Positions 1 through 9,281 of a stretch of DNA of 64,000 nucleotides are shown here, one piece after another. A program made the position numbers and the translations under genes. The stretch lies in the NCBI GenBank assembly GCA_963664705.1, contig OY761556.1, positions 224,001 to 288,000 on the forward strand, given 5' to 3'. The notes under the pieces are model-generated. The model worked only from the letters and a program-made list of their open reading frames with translations. It ran no database searches and was not told where the DNA came from. This DNA is from Acidobacteriota bacterium. GTDB lineage: Bacteria > Acidobacteriota > UBA6911. Position 1 is the first letter of the stretch. Each line of letters begins with the position of its first letter.

Positions 1-1166
1 TTGGTCACGGCCCGCGTCTTCTGAGCCGGAGTTGCCTCGGGATTGTCCTTTAAGGCCTGATAGGCATTCCCGGCTGCAATCATGCGCATTTTGGATTCCG
101 GGGTCCAGACAAGGCTGCTGTCCCCTGTGCCGCCGGCCGCAGTGCCATCGCCCGAGCCGCCCGGGTTGCTTTTGGAATTCCAGAAGCGGATGTCTTCATC
201 AGCCCGCCAACCGCTATAGGCAAAGGGTGTCATTCCGTTCCAGCCTGCCAGCGTAACCACGCCCCAATCCCGGTTCCTTACCCGTTCGGAATTTGGCAGA
301 TTCGAGTTGCTCTCCCGCCCTGCAAAATACTGGGTCTTGCTCAGATAGGCAAATGAGTTGTCTTGATCAAAGATGCCAATCTCCAGGCCGATCTGTGTGC
401 CATTCTTCAGTTCTCGGTTCCATGCATCGCCCCAACCCTCGATCTGCAGGGACACCTCATAGGTGTAATTGACGCTGCTCCCGGCTCTGTATCCCGAGGA
501 TTTGAAAGCCTTCAACCGCGTCGAGTAATCCTGATGGTTTGGATTGAAGAACGAGCCAAGGGAAGGAATGCCTCCATTACTGAAGGATGCAACGGAGGTG
601 AGGGCGGCGTTGGCACTCAAAAAAAAGATGCCCTGTGTATCGGTTTCTATCCCCCACCGGTCGTTGAAGACATCCATGGAGACGAAGAGTCCGTCGGTGT
701 TGGGGCTGAAGCTGCCGCTGCTCCAATTCGGCGTTTCGCTGTCGGATCTGGTGGAGTCGCCCGTTACTTCGACCAGGACATAGAGGACAGGCCCGTCCCA
801 GAGTAATCGCGTGGTTCCTTGAGCTGAGGCAGCAGGCGCATCCGCCGTCATGCTCGCATTGAATTTGTGAGCGATCGGGTAGGGAGTCGCGTCGTTCCAT
901 GCGGCTTCTTTGACGCCGTCGACCGCTATTGGCTTGTTCGTGAACGTGGCTTTGACCTGAGCCCTGGGGGCTTCGACTTTATAGCTTTGGTTGTTGTTGC
1001 CGGAGGGTGACCAGCGTTCAAGAACGCTGGTATTGCATACAAAGCTCCTGTCGCCAGGCCGGTCATAGAAATATCGGCTGATAAGGGCGCCAAGGCCTCC
1101 CGATGGGAGGATCCCGAACAGGATGGAAACTATCAGAATGGTACGAAGCTTGAACCGTAATTGCAT
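1..1166 (-). CDS. Secreted protein with CBM9-like (DOMON/sugar-binding) domain; runs off the left edge, 3' end not in window
   Basis: Not in the ORF track because no stop lies in the window. Hand translation from ATG 1166 is open to base 1: MQLRFKLRTILIVSILFGILPSGG (signal-like), then KPIAVDGVKEAAWNDATPYPI...TRLLWDGPVLYVLVEV...YTYEVSLQI...GTQIGLEIGIFD, the typical CBM9_1 pattern. Confidence 0.7.
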   Translation of the reverse strand, partial: MQLRFKLRTILIVSILFGILPSGGLGALISRYFYDRPGDRSFVCNTSVLERWSPSGNNNQSYKVEAPRAQVKATFTNKPIAVDGVKEAAWNDATPYPIAHKFNASMTADAPAASAQGTTRLLWDGPVLYVLVEVTGDSTRSDSETPNWSSGSFSPNTDGLFVSMDVFNDRWGIETDTQGIFFLSANAALTSVASFSNGGIPSLGSFFNPNHQDYSTRLKAFKSSGYRAGSSVNYTYEVSLQIEGWGDAWNRELKNGTQIGLEIGIFDQDNSFAYLSKTQYFAGRESNSNLPNSERVRNRDWGVVTLAGWNGMTPFAYSGWRADEDIRFWNSKSNPGGSGDGTAAGGTGDSSLVWTPESKMRMIAAGNAYQALKDNPEATPAQKTRAVT

Positions 1167-1535
1167 ATCATCCCACTTGAAGCAAATGTCATTGTTCGCT
1201 CGGCCCTATCTTACACTGAACGCGCTCTCATTCTGACAATGGTTGCGTTGACTGCGCTCGAACCTATGCTAAAGTACTCCGCGTGGTGCAAGCCACCGCA
1301 CATAAAACGCTTAGTGAATACATATTTTCCAATCAGAAACCCCTGGGGCCTGCTTCTAGACAGGGTTCCTCGTCCCGCCTGTCTGCAGTGCGGGGGCATG
1401 TTGCATTAAGAGTAAATGGCATTAGGCGTCTCGTGGGCAAGAGCGTGGCCGCTTCCACGATGCCGACGCCGCGGGGACAGCGGCGTACCCGGCAGGGCCA
1501 ATGTAGGATCGTTTGAGATCAAACAGGAGAATCGA

Positions 1536-2498
1536 ATGAAGCGAATCTGGTTGAGTCTGTTGCTCTTGGTGGCGGCTTCACACCATGTCCGTGCTGCCGA
1601 TCCCTGCGATCGCAAATGCCTGGAAGGCCATGTGGATAGTGTGGTGACAGCCATGATCGCGCACAGCCCAAACCGGCTGATGCTGTCCAAGACGGTTCGT
1701 TACACGGAAAACGGTGTTGAATTGCGAATCGGCGATGGACTGTGGCGAACCGCGAGCGCCCGGGGCAAATACAATCTTTATGTTTCCGATCCTGAAGCCG
1801 GCCAGGTCGGTTTTTACGGAACCCTGATCGAAAGCGGGGTTGTCCTGGACTACATTGCACTCCGACTGAAGGTGTTCGAATCACTGATCAGCGAAATTGA
1901 AGCAATAGTCGCCCGACCGGGAGGGGGACGCATAGGAGAACATGCAGGCGCATTGGTGGAAAAGCTTGGACCGCCTCGACCCCAATTTTTGCAAACCGTA
2001 CCTCCGGCGGAGAGGATGAGCCGCGATACATTGATCGAGACGGCGAATTCATATTTCTCCGGGGTGGTAAACCAGACGGGCAGGTTCACCGCCAGGTTTG
2101 CATCGACCTGCAATCGCATTGAAAATGGTCGTCAGACAACGAACGTTAAAGATTCAAAGCCAGGTGAGCGCACCGCTGGAATAGCGCTGCTTGCGCTTGG
2201 TTGCGAAGCTCAGCAAAAGACCGGCTGGTGGGCGCACATGACGGAAATCAGAAACCGTCGATTTCCTATTGTCGACAGGGAGCGTGGCCTGGTGATGACA
2301 TTTGCGTTTTTTGATCATGATGCCGCTGCCCGCACCTATTACCTTCCGGATGGAACAAAATTCACCAATCCTGCGGACTTCCCGAACACCATTGAGGTGT
2401 CCGAGCTCTTCCAGATCAGGGATGGCAAGATTGATCAAATCGAAGCGGTAATCAACAGCGTGCCGTACGGCATGAGATCGGACGTCTGGGATAGATGA
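1536..2498 (+). CDS. Secreted hypothetical protein, 'CDRxCL' family (paralog 1)
   Basis: AGGAG then ATG 1536; signal peptide MKRIWLSLLLLVAASHHVRA; CDRKCL, ENG...GDGLW, C-R-ENG and FQIRDGKIDQIEA motifs shared with 5697..6662. Confidence 0.75.
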   Translation: MKRIWLSLLLLVAASHHVRAADPCDRKCLEGHVDSVVTAMIAHSPNRLMLSKTVRYTENGVELRIGDGLWRTASARGKYNLYVSDPEAGQVGFYGTLIESGVVLDYIALRLKVFESLISEIEAIVARPGGGRIGEHAGALVEKLGPPRPQFLQTVPPAERMSRDTLIETANSYFSGVVNQTGRFTARFASTCNRIENGRQTTNVKDSKPGERTAGIALLALGCEAQQKTGWWAHMTEIRNRRFPIVDRERGLVMTFAFFDHDAAARTYYLPDGTKFTNPADFPNTIEVSELFQIRDGKIDQIEAVINSVPYGMRSDVWDR

Positions 2499-2510
2499 TT
2501 CAGTTGTCCG

Positions 2511-2939
2511 TCAGATATTGTAGGCTTCCTTGCCGAGGGTGTGCACCCAATTCGCGGTGAGCACTTTTTGCGCCTCTTCGGTCCTATCCACTCCCAGGAT
2601 GCAGATGGCCTGCCCGCCCATACGTCCAAGGTGGGGGTAGAGGTAGTGAACATTGATGCCCGCATCCTTCAGCGGCTTTAAAACCGCGTTCATGCCACCG
2701 GCATGATCGGGCGTTTCAACGGCCAGTACTTCGGTTTCCTTTGTCCGAAATCCGTGTGACTTGAGGATATTGAGGGCTTTTACCGGATCGTCAACCACAA
2801 ATCTTACCGTGGATACGTCCGAGGTGTCGGCCACGGAGATGGCGCGGATATTGACGCCTTCTCTGCCCAGTATCTCGCTGACATTCGAAAGAGCCCCCGG
2901 CATGTTATCGAGGATAACGGAGATTTGTGTGATGACCAT
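2511..2939 (-). CDS. Tandem ACT-domain protein
   Basis: QISVILDNMPGALSNV...GVNIRAISVADT; second repeat PDHAGGM...INVHYLY. Confidence 0.9.
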   Translation of the reverse strand: MVITQISVILDNMPGALSNVSEILGREGVNIRAISVADTSDVSTVRFVVDDPVKALNILKSHGFRTKETEVLAVETPDHAGGMNAVLKPLKDAGINVHYLYPHLGRMGGQAICILGVDRTEEAQKVLTANWVHTLGKEAYNI

Positions 2940-2944
2940 GTTTC

Positions 2945-3484
2945 TTACTCCTTAAGGTAACAGTAGCCTAATTCCAAAGCCTGCTGATTCAACTTGGTCA
3001 GCTTGGCTTTTCCCTCCCCGAGGATCGTGGGGAGATTGTTGATGAGCGCGTCGAAGGAGACCATGTTGCTCAGCTTTACGAGAACGCCTACCATGATCAT
3101 GTTGGCCACCTTGGTGTTGCCTACCTTTTCGACAAGCGGCATGACGGGGACCTGTACCACTTCGATATCACTCCGGGCGCCGTCGGTATTGACGATGGAT
3201 GAATTGACGCAGATGAGGCCGCCGGCCGGCAGAATACTCTGGAAACGAACAAAGGAAGGCTGGTTCATGGCGACGACGAAGTCCGGTTCGGAGGCCACCG
3301 GCGAAGCGATTTCCTCATCGCTTACCGCAACCGTACAATTGCAGGTGCCGCCCCGAACCTCAACACCGTAGGAGGGAAGGCAGGTGACATACTGTCCTTC
3401 AAGCATAGCTGCATTCGCGATGGTCATTCCCATGGAAATCACGCCCTGCCCGCCGAAGCCTGAAAAAATGGTCTTGATTAGCAT
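2945..3484 (-). CDS. 2-oxoacid:ferredoxin oxidoreductase gamma subunit
   Basis: FSGFGGQGVIS, PSYGVEVRGG, ANMIMVG motifs; start reassigned to ATG 3484, overlapping the beta-subunit stop. Confidence 0.92.
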   Translation of the reverse strand: MLIKTIFSGFGGQGVISMGMTIANAAMLEGQYVTCLPSYGVEVRGGTCNCTVAVSDEEIASPVASEPDFVVAMNQPSFVRFQSILPAGGLICVNSSIVNTDGARSDIEVVQVPVMPLVEKVGNTKVANMIMVGVLVKLSNMVSFDALINNLPTILGEGKAKLTKLNQQALELGYCYLKE

Positions 3485-4218
3485 GGGACCTCTTTGATCA
3501 AACCCAATGGAAAATGCTTGCACATCACGTCTTCGACCCACTTGCACGATTCGACCGTGCCCATGTGCCAGTTGGTGGGACATGGCGACAGGATCTCAAC
3601 CATGGAAAAGCCCGTTCCCTTGATCTGGTGTTCGAAAGCCTTTCGGATGGCTTTCTTGGCTTTGACAATGGCGGCCGGTTTGTGCACGGACACTCTTTCA
3701 AGATAGGAGACACCGGGAAGTACCGATAACACTTCGCACATCTTCACCGGGTGGCCTGCGATTGCGGGATCCCGGCCGGCGGGGGATGTGGTGGTAACCT
3801 GATCGATCAACGTCGTCGGCGCCATCTGTCCGCCCGTCATGCCGTAGACGCCGTTGTTGACGAAAATGACCGAAATGTGTTCCCCGCGGTTTGCCGCGTG
3901 GAAGCTTTCGGCCGTGCCGATTGCGGCCAGATCCCCGTCTCCCTGATACGAAAAGACGAGATTCTGGGGTCTTACTCTCTTGATGCCTGTGGCCACGGCA
4001 GCACCCCGGCCATGGGCTGATTCCAGGGCATCGAAGTCGAAGTAGTTATAGAGGAGCATGCCGCAGCCCGCCGGCGCGACGCAGATTACCTTCTCGCGCA
4101 CTCCCATTTCGTCGATGATCTCTGCGAGGAGACGGTTCACAATGCCATGACCACAGCCGGGACAGTAGTGGAAATGGTTCTCCTTGAGTGATTTGGGTCT
4201 GGAGTAAACTTTTTTCAC
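3478..4218 (-). CDS. 2-oxoacid:ferredoxin oxidoreductase beta (TPP-binding) subunit, Vor-like
   Basis: HYCPGCGHG, HGRG, YQGDGDLAAIG, NNGVYGMTGGQ, SPCPTNW. Confidence 0.93.
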   Translation of the reverse strand: MKKVYSRPKSLKENHFHYCPGCGHGIVNRLLAEIIDEMGVREKVICVAPAGCGMLLYNYFDFDALESAHGRGAAVATGIKRVRPQNLVFSYQGDGDLAAIGTAESFHAANRGEHISVIFVNNGVYGMTGGQMAPTTLIDQVTTTSPAGRDPAIAGHPVKMCEVLSVLPGVSYLERVSVHKPAAIVKAKKAIRKAFEHQIKGTGFSMVEILSPCPTNWHMGTVESCKWVEDVMCKHFPLGLIKEVPC

Positions 4219-5288
4219 TGCTTCTTGGTCCTCACTGACTGGTAGTAGTGTCGGGAGACTAAGCGGTAAAGCTCTATTGGCGTCGGAACTACCCCACCCG
4301 GTCGCCCATAGAAATGGACTCGCCCTCGGCCTTCCAGGGCCAGCTTGACGTCCTCGATCATCTGTCCGGAATTCATTTCGAAAACAAAAAAGTCTTTCAC
4401 CCGCTCGGCTGCATCTTTGATGTCTTTCTGGGGGAAGGGCCAGCAGGTGATGGGCCGGATCAAACCGACCTTGATGTTTTCGTTGCGGAGCCTTTTGATA
4501 GCGCCTTTGGCAATGCGGGCGGAGGTTCCATAGGCAATGATGATCATTTCCGCGTCATCGACCATGAAGGATTCGGAGCGCGTTTCGTTCTTTTCGATCT
4601 GCTGATATTTCCGGAAAAGCTTCCAGTTGTGATCCTCTTCATCTTTCACGTCGAAAAGGAGCGACTTGATGAAGCGGGCTGGCCGGCCTTCCGCGCCCGT
4701 GAGCAGATAGTCCTTGGGGTATTCCTTGGCCTTCGTTATGTGATCAAAGCTCACCGGTTCCAGCATCTGGCCAAGCACACCGTCACCGAGCACGATGAGG
4801 GGATTGCGGTACTTGTCGGCAAGCTCGAAAGCCAATGGCATGATGTCGGCAAGTTCCTGTACGGTTGAAGGAGCGAGGACGATGGTCCGGTAGTCGCCGT
4901 GGCCTCCTCCCCGTGTTGCCTGCAGATAGTCCGACTGCGCGGGAGAGATATTGCCCATCCCGGGGCCTCCCCGCGACATGTTTACGATGACGGCCGGGAG
5001 TTCGTCCGCTGCCAGGTAGGAAATGCCTTCCTGTTTAAGGCTTATCCCGGGGGAACTGGAGGACGTCATCACACGCGCGCCGGCAACGCTGGCACCAAGC
5101 ACCATGTTGATTGCCGCAATCTCGCTTTCGGACTGGAGGAACACTCCGCCGGGGACCATGGGCAAACGTTTTGCCATGTATTCGCCCAGCTCGTTCTGGG
5201 GGGTGATGGGATAGCCGAAATAGCACGTACACCCGGCCAGCACCGCAGCCTCGGCACAGGCGCTGTTTCCGTTCATCAGTTTCTTCAC
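4215..5288 (-). CDS. 2-oxoacid:ferredoxin oxidoreductase alpha subunit, VorB-like
   Basis: GNSACAEAA, FGYPITPQNE, QSESEIAA, TSSSSPG, RGGGHGDY, EMNSGQM; GTG start at 5288 overlaps the delta-subunit stop. Confidence 0.93.
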   Translation of the reverse strand: MKKLMNGNSACAEAAVLAGCTCYFGYPITPQNELGEYMAKRLPMVPGGVFLQSESEIAAINMVLGASVAGARVMTSSSSPGISLKQEGISYLAADELPAVIVNMSRGGPGMGNISPAQSDYLQATRGGGHGDYRTIVLAPSTVQELADIMPLAFELADKYRNPLIVLGDGVLGQMLEPVSFDHITKAKEYPKDYLLTGAEGRPARFIKSLLFDVKDEEDHNWKLFRKYQQIEKNETRSESFMVDDAEMIIIAYGTSARIAKGAIKRLRNENIKVGLIRPITCWPFPQKDIKDAAERVKDFFVFEMNSGQMIEDVKLALEGRGRVHFYGRPGGVVPTPIELYRLVSRHYYQSVRTKKQ

Positions 5289-5512
5289 GCCTTGTATACC
5301 TCGATAGCAGTCTCTGGACAGACAAGTGCGCAGGTCGCGCAACCGTTGCATCCGCCTTCACCCTCGAAAACCGCCACAAAGTAACCTTTCGAGTTGAGCT
5401 TGTCGGAAAGGCGGATGACCTTCTTGGGGCAATATTCAATGCAGAAGCAGCAGCCTTTGCAACGTTCCTGGCTGATTTCAATTGAGCCCATTGGTACCTT
5501 TATAGCTTTCAT
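5285..5512 (-). CDS. 2x[4Fe-4S] ferredoxin, oxidoreductase delta subunit
   Basis: CKGCCFCIEYCP and CNGCATCALVCP. Confidence 0.92.
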   Translation of the reverse strand: MKAIKVPMGSIEISQERCKGCCFCIEYCPKKVIRLSDKLNSKGYFVAVFEGEGGCNGCATCALVCPETAIEVYKA

Positions 5513-5696
5513 ATTTTATTTTTAGGGGCCTCAATGTACCCTATCCGTGTTTCCACTGTCAAAACGTTTTGCTAAAACTTGCCTATTGGCATGCAATTGC
5601 TTGTGGCCGCGAGGAGGATTTGCCGGTAGCAAACTGCCTCAAAAAAGCGGTAGCAGGCTACCGCACCGCAAATTGGATAGGTTAATGGAGAATACA

Positions 5697-6662
5697 ATGC
5701 GATTCATATATTCAGTACTGGGCAGTATCGCACTAGTGGTTTTCAGTATGGAAACAGCCTATGCGGCCGATTGTGACCGTGCCTGCCTGATGGCGCTGGC
5801 GGATAAATACATAGCAGCGCTGGTCGCACACAATCCCCAGAATGTGCCTTTGAGCAGCGATGTCAAAATAGTTGAAAATGCCAAGCGCATCCGGCTGGGA
5901 GAAGGTCTCTGGAAAACCGCATCGGCAGGCGCGACGGAATTCAGAATTGTGGTACCCGATCCTCTGTCACATCAAGTCGGCGGCATGGTCATCATGCAGT
6001 CCGAAGGGAAACCTGCTCAGGTTGGCTTTCGTCTGAAGTTGGCTGACGACGTGATCATCGAAGCCGAACACTTGATTGCAATACCTCGCAATGGTGAGCT
6101 TCCCGCTACACTGACCAAGGTTCGTCCTGCCATCCCGATGGAAATACCTTATGAATATGCCGATTCGCGCGGACGGATGATTCACATTGCCAAGTCTTAT
6201 TATGATGCCTTGGATCTGAACAACAGTTCGCTGGCGCCCTTTGCCGCTGATTGCGACCGTCTGGAAAATGGGATGCGCACCGCGCCGTCCGGAGGTCCTT
6301 TGAGAGGGCCCGATATTCCCGGTGCAGTCCCGCGGCCGATCGGGCTATTGGGGATGGTCGATTGCAAGAGCCAAATCGACATGCAAACGTTTGAATACAT
6401 CAGCGAGATTGTCGGTCGTCGGGTCGAGATTGCCGACGAAAAAACCGGTTTGGCGCTCGGCTTTTCCGATTTTCATCATGCGATGGAGAAAAAGCAATTC
6501 AGAATACTCAATGACCCGGGGCGCGAGACGGTCGATAGATCCTATTCTCCCTTTGATACGCTGGCGATGCATATTTTTAAGATATGGAGCGGCCAGATTC
6601 ATGAAATCGAAGCCATCGGCGTCGGTGCACCCTACAACTCGCCAAGCGGCTGGGAGAAATAA
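5697..6662 (+). CDS. Secreted hypothetical protein, 'CDRxCL' family (paralog 2)
   Basis: GGAG then ATG 5697; signal peptide ending AYA; DCDRACL, ENAK...GEGLW, CDRLENG, FKIWSGQIHEIEA...PY...SGW. Confidence 0.75.
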   Translation: MRFIYSVLGSIALVVFSMETAYAADCDRACLMALADKYIAALVAHNPQNVPLSSDVKIVENAKRIRLGEGLWKTASAGATEFRIVVPDPLSHQVGGMVIMQSEGKPAQVGFRLKLADDVIIEAEHLIAIPRNGELPATLTKVRPAIPMEIPYEYADSRGRMIHIAKSYYDALDLNNSSLAPFAADCDRLENGMRTAPSGGPLRGPDIPGAVPRPIGLLGMVDCKSQIDMQTFEYISEIVGRRVEIADEKTGLALGFSDFHHAMEKKQFRILNDPGRETVDRSYSPFDTLAMHIFKIWSGQIHEIEAIGVGAPYNSPSGWEK

Positions 6663-6668
6663 AAGAAA

Positions 6669-7130
6669 TTATTTGTAGGTCGCTTTCCCATCATATGTTG
6701 GGTTCATCACAACGGAGAAATGAAATATCGGCCGGTTGACCTCGAGTATGCGCATCGGATTGTGCGCAGCCCCGGCCGGCAGCCATATCATCGTGGAGCG
6801 GGTGAGTCTGTGGGCCTCACCGTTCACCGAGAACTCGATAACTCCGCCAAGGTCGTAGGGGTCGTCCGGGTTGCTCCCGTAGAAGCCGATAAGTTCGTCA
6901 TAATCGTGAACGTGCTCCGTGAAGATCGGATCTCTCGGGGCAGGGGCGAAATACCAGGCGGTATTCATCTGAAAAGCGCCTTCGCAGACGCTGCTGTCCA
7001 TCCATAGGATGCGCTTGGCGAACCGGGTGTACAGTTCCCGGAACTCCGGCGTGCCCAGGCTGGCGGGCTCTTTGAGTTCTTGTATGAAGTATTTCCCGTA
7101 TTGTCCGCCGCTGTTGTTGTCGTAGACCAT
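6669..7130 (-). CDS. Cupin-fold hypothetical protein
   Basis: HVHDYDE...FYGSNPDDPYDLGG...WLPAGAAHNP matches cupin metal motifs; start at ATG 7130 just after the upstream gene's stop. Confidence 0.7.
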   Translation of the reverse strand: MVYDNNSGGQYGKYFIQELKEPASLGTPEFRELYTRFAKRILWMDSSVCEGAFQMNTAWYFAPAPRDPIFTEHVHDYDELIGFYGSNPDDPYDLGGVIEFSVNGEAHRLTRSTMIWLPAGAAHNPMRILEVNRPIFHFSVVMNPTYDGKATYK

Positions 7131-7147
7131 TAACACGTCCCTTTCTT

Positions 7148-8098
7148 TTACTCTTTGGGCAGATCCCATTGAATGAATTGCCAATACGGTGCATTCACTC
7201 GCTTGCGGTAGGCGTCCATATTCACAGCGCGCCAATCGTAGAAGCCCACTCCGGTTTTTTCGCCGAGATCGCCTTTGGCTACCCTGTCGGTAATAGCCGG
7301 CGGGGCCTCGGTCATATTGCTGAGCGACGGGAACACACTGTTGCAGACACGCATGTTGAGCGTCAGATCACCGCTGTCGAAGTGCTCAAAAATGCCTATG
7401 GACGTATACCGCGGGCAGAAGCTGTAGTTCAGACAAGTATCGATGTCCCTGGGATCGGCAATACCGCTCTCAGCGAGATTGAGAGCCTCTCTCCATAGGG
7501 CGAACTGCAGGCGGTTGCCTATGAAGCCCGGGGCGGGCTTCTTGAGGATAACTGGCCTGCGATCGAGCGATTCGAGCAGCTCCTTGGCAAATTGCAGTGC
7601 GTCGCCATTCGTGGCCGCACCGCCGCAAAGCTCAAAAAATGGAACCATGTGAGCCGGATTGAACGGGTGCGTCACGATGATGCGGTCCCGATACTTGCGG
7701 GCCTTCTCGTTTAGGCGATCCGGCACGAGCGAGGAGCTTACTGAGCAGATCGCCTGGATATGCGGACATGTCTCTTCGATTCGGGCATAGATCTCATGCT
7801 TGAGATCGATGTCCTCGGGAACACATTCAAAGATGACGTCGCAGTCTGCCAGACTGCCGTAGTCGGTGGAGTATTCGAGGTACCTCTCGCAGATGGCCAA
7901 CTGCTCCTGGGGCATGAGTCCTTGACTGATCAGCTGGCGGAAGTAGTCGTCGTACGTCTTCTTGTATTCCGGGATCATCTCCGCGCGGCGTACAACGAGC
8001 TTGGTGCTGTAACCGTGGCCTGTTGTCAGCACGGCCAGGCTATCCCCAATCATGCCGGCCCCGATGATTCCGATCTGTTTCACGCTTTCGAGCTTCAT
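7148..8098 (-). CDS. 3-hydroxyacyl-CoA dehydrogenase family protein
   Basis: IGIIGAGMIG Rossmann motif, ECVPEDIDLK, HPFNPAH, PGFIGNRLQ, GDLGEKTGVGFYDW. Confidence 0.9.
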   Translation of the reverse strand: MKLESVKQIGIIGAGMIGDSLAVLTTGHGYSTKLVVRRAEMIPEYKKTYDDYFRQLISQGLMPQEQLAICERYLEYSTDYGSLADCDVIFECVPEDIDLKHEIYARIEETCPHIQAICSVSSSLVPDRLNEKARKYRDRIIVTHPFNPAHMVPFFELCGGAATNGDALQFAKELLESLDRRPVILKKPAPGFIGNRLQFALWREALNLAESGIADPRDIDTCLNYSFCPRYTSIGIFEHFDSGDLTLNMRVCNSVFPSLSNMTEAPPAITDRVAKGDLGEKTGVGFYDWRAVNMDAYRKRVNAPYWQFIQWDLPKE

Positions 8099-8487
8099 GC
8101 TAATCGTCCATTTCTCCGGTCCCCCTGGAGCTATAACTCAAGGACCTTATTGGGAAGAGAGCTTTAGAGATCTGATCTTCTCAGCCAGATTCACAGAATA
8201 ACCGCTTGCTAACTCGCAAGCTGATTTTTGTGTGAGATCCGGTTTAAGGGAATCGATTTCTGCTGGAAAAGAATAACTCTTGATGGCTACTTGTGGCCGA
8301 TCAAAATTCTCCGCGCGACAGAATAAAACAGTCCTTTCGTATGATCCAAGCCTATTCTCTTTTCACAGGCTGCCGTTCTTAGCTCTGTACGACTATGTGG
8401 CTGGCCAAAAGCAAGAGGAGATCAAAATTCGAGAGGTAGCGCCACGGGATATTACATCAAATCAAGTGAGCATGAAGAGAAAGAGAC

Positions 8488-8513
8488 TTGTATCAATCAG
8501 GCGAATCATACAA
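8488..8513. promoter_or_regulatory. Candidate autoregulatory operator/promoter of the TA operon
   Basis: Inverted repeat TTGTAT-N14-ATACAA about 30 nt upstream of the antitoxin start. Confidence 0.35.
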
Positions 8514-8539
8514 AATGTACGATATGTAAGGATGGAATT

Positions 8540-8788
8540 ATGACTAGACTCACCGCATCTCAACTTCGCGAAGATATGGCGACCGCAATAAATAAAGTAG
8601 CTTTTGGAGGAGAACGAATTGTCCTCCAGAGGAACAACAAAGATGTGGCTGCTCTCGTCCCGATGGAGGATTTGACCTTGCTCAAAGAATTAGAGGACAG
8701 GGTGGATTTGGAGGAGATAAAGAAAGCGCTCGCCGAACCAGGTTCGAATATCCCTTGGGAAGATATCAAGAAGGAATTGGGAATTTAG
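8540..8788 (+). CDS. Type II antitoxin, Phd/YefM family
   Basis: LTASQLRE...INKVAFGGERIVLQRNNKDVAALVP; acidic C-terminus IPWEDIKKELGI. Confidence 0.88.
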   Translation: MTRLTASQLREDMATAINKVAFGGERIVLQRNNKDVAALVPMEDLTLLKELEDRVDLEEIKKALAEPGSNIPWEDIKKELGI

Positions 8789-9052
8789 GTGACATACAGG
8801 ATCGAGTTTCGGCCTGCGGCCCTCCGCGATTTGAAAAGCCTGCCCAAAGATATACTGGATAGGGTCAGCAGAAGGATATCAGCCCTGGCAGAAGATCCAC
8901 GTCCATTGGGGGTGGAGAAGCTGTCAGGAAGCGAAGAGGACTTCTATCGAGTTCGAGTGGGTGATTACCGAATTCTTTATTCCATCCAAGACAAGATCTT
9001 ACTAGTCATCATTGTTAAGATGAGACACCGCCGGGAAGTGTATCGCGGATAA
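8789..9052 (+). CDS. Type II toxin, RelE/ParE family
   Basis: YRIEF...ALRDLKSL...PRPLGVEKL...YRVRVGDYRILY...HRREVYR; abuts the antitoxin. Confidence 0.92.
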   Translation: MTYRIEFRPAALRDLKSLPKDILDRVSRRISALAEDPRPLGVEKLSGSEEDFYRVRVGDYRILYSIQDKILLVIIVKMRHRREVYRG

Positions 9053-9160
9053 TTAACCCGCAAGCATGATGCTCGTTAAAGCCGATTCAACAGCTACAAT
9101 AACGTCTACATTGGACAGTTTGTGATAGGGCAGCGGCGGGCGTAAGTGCCTGGATTTAAG

Positions 9161-9237
9161 TGGTCGGGGCACGCAGATTTGAACTGCGGACCTCCTGCGC
9201 CCAAGGCAGGCGCGCTACCAGGCTGCGCTATGCCCCG
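9161..9237 (-). tRNA. tRNA-Pro(TGG)
   Basis: Reverse complement CGGGGCATAGCGCAGCCTGGTAGCGCGCCTGCCTTGGGCGCAGGAGGTCCGCAGTTCAAATCTGCGTGCCCCGACCA: cloverleaf, TGG anticodon, GTTCAAATC T-loop, encoded CCA. Confidence 0.97.
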
Positions 9238-9281
9238 ACTTAATAGGGTCGTCATTGTAACCTAATTCACAACGGGTGACA

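Noticed and set aside
363-806. Plus-strand ORFs in the first 1.2 kb
   Set aside because: They lie antisense to the long minus-strand CBM9-like gene.
5560-5571. Palindrome CAAAACGTTTTG as a LacI-type operator
   Set aside because: Single short palindrome with no regulator nearby and no second copy supporting it.
5587-5600. TGGCATGCAATTGC as a sigma54 promoter
   Set aside because: GG-to-GC spacing is 9 nt rather than the required 10.
8280-8543. 87-aa ORF upstream of the antitoxin
   Set aside because: No recognisable motif or SD, and it overlaps the likely TA promoter region.
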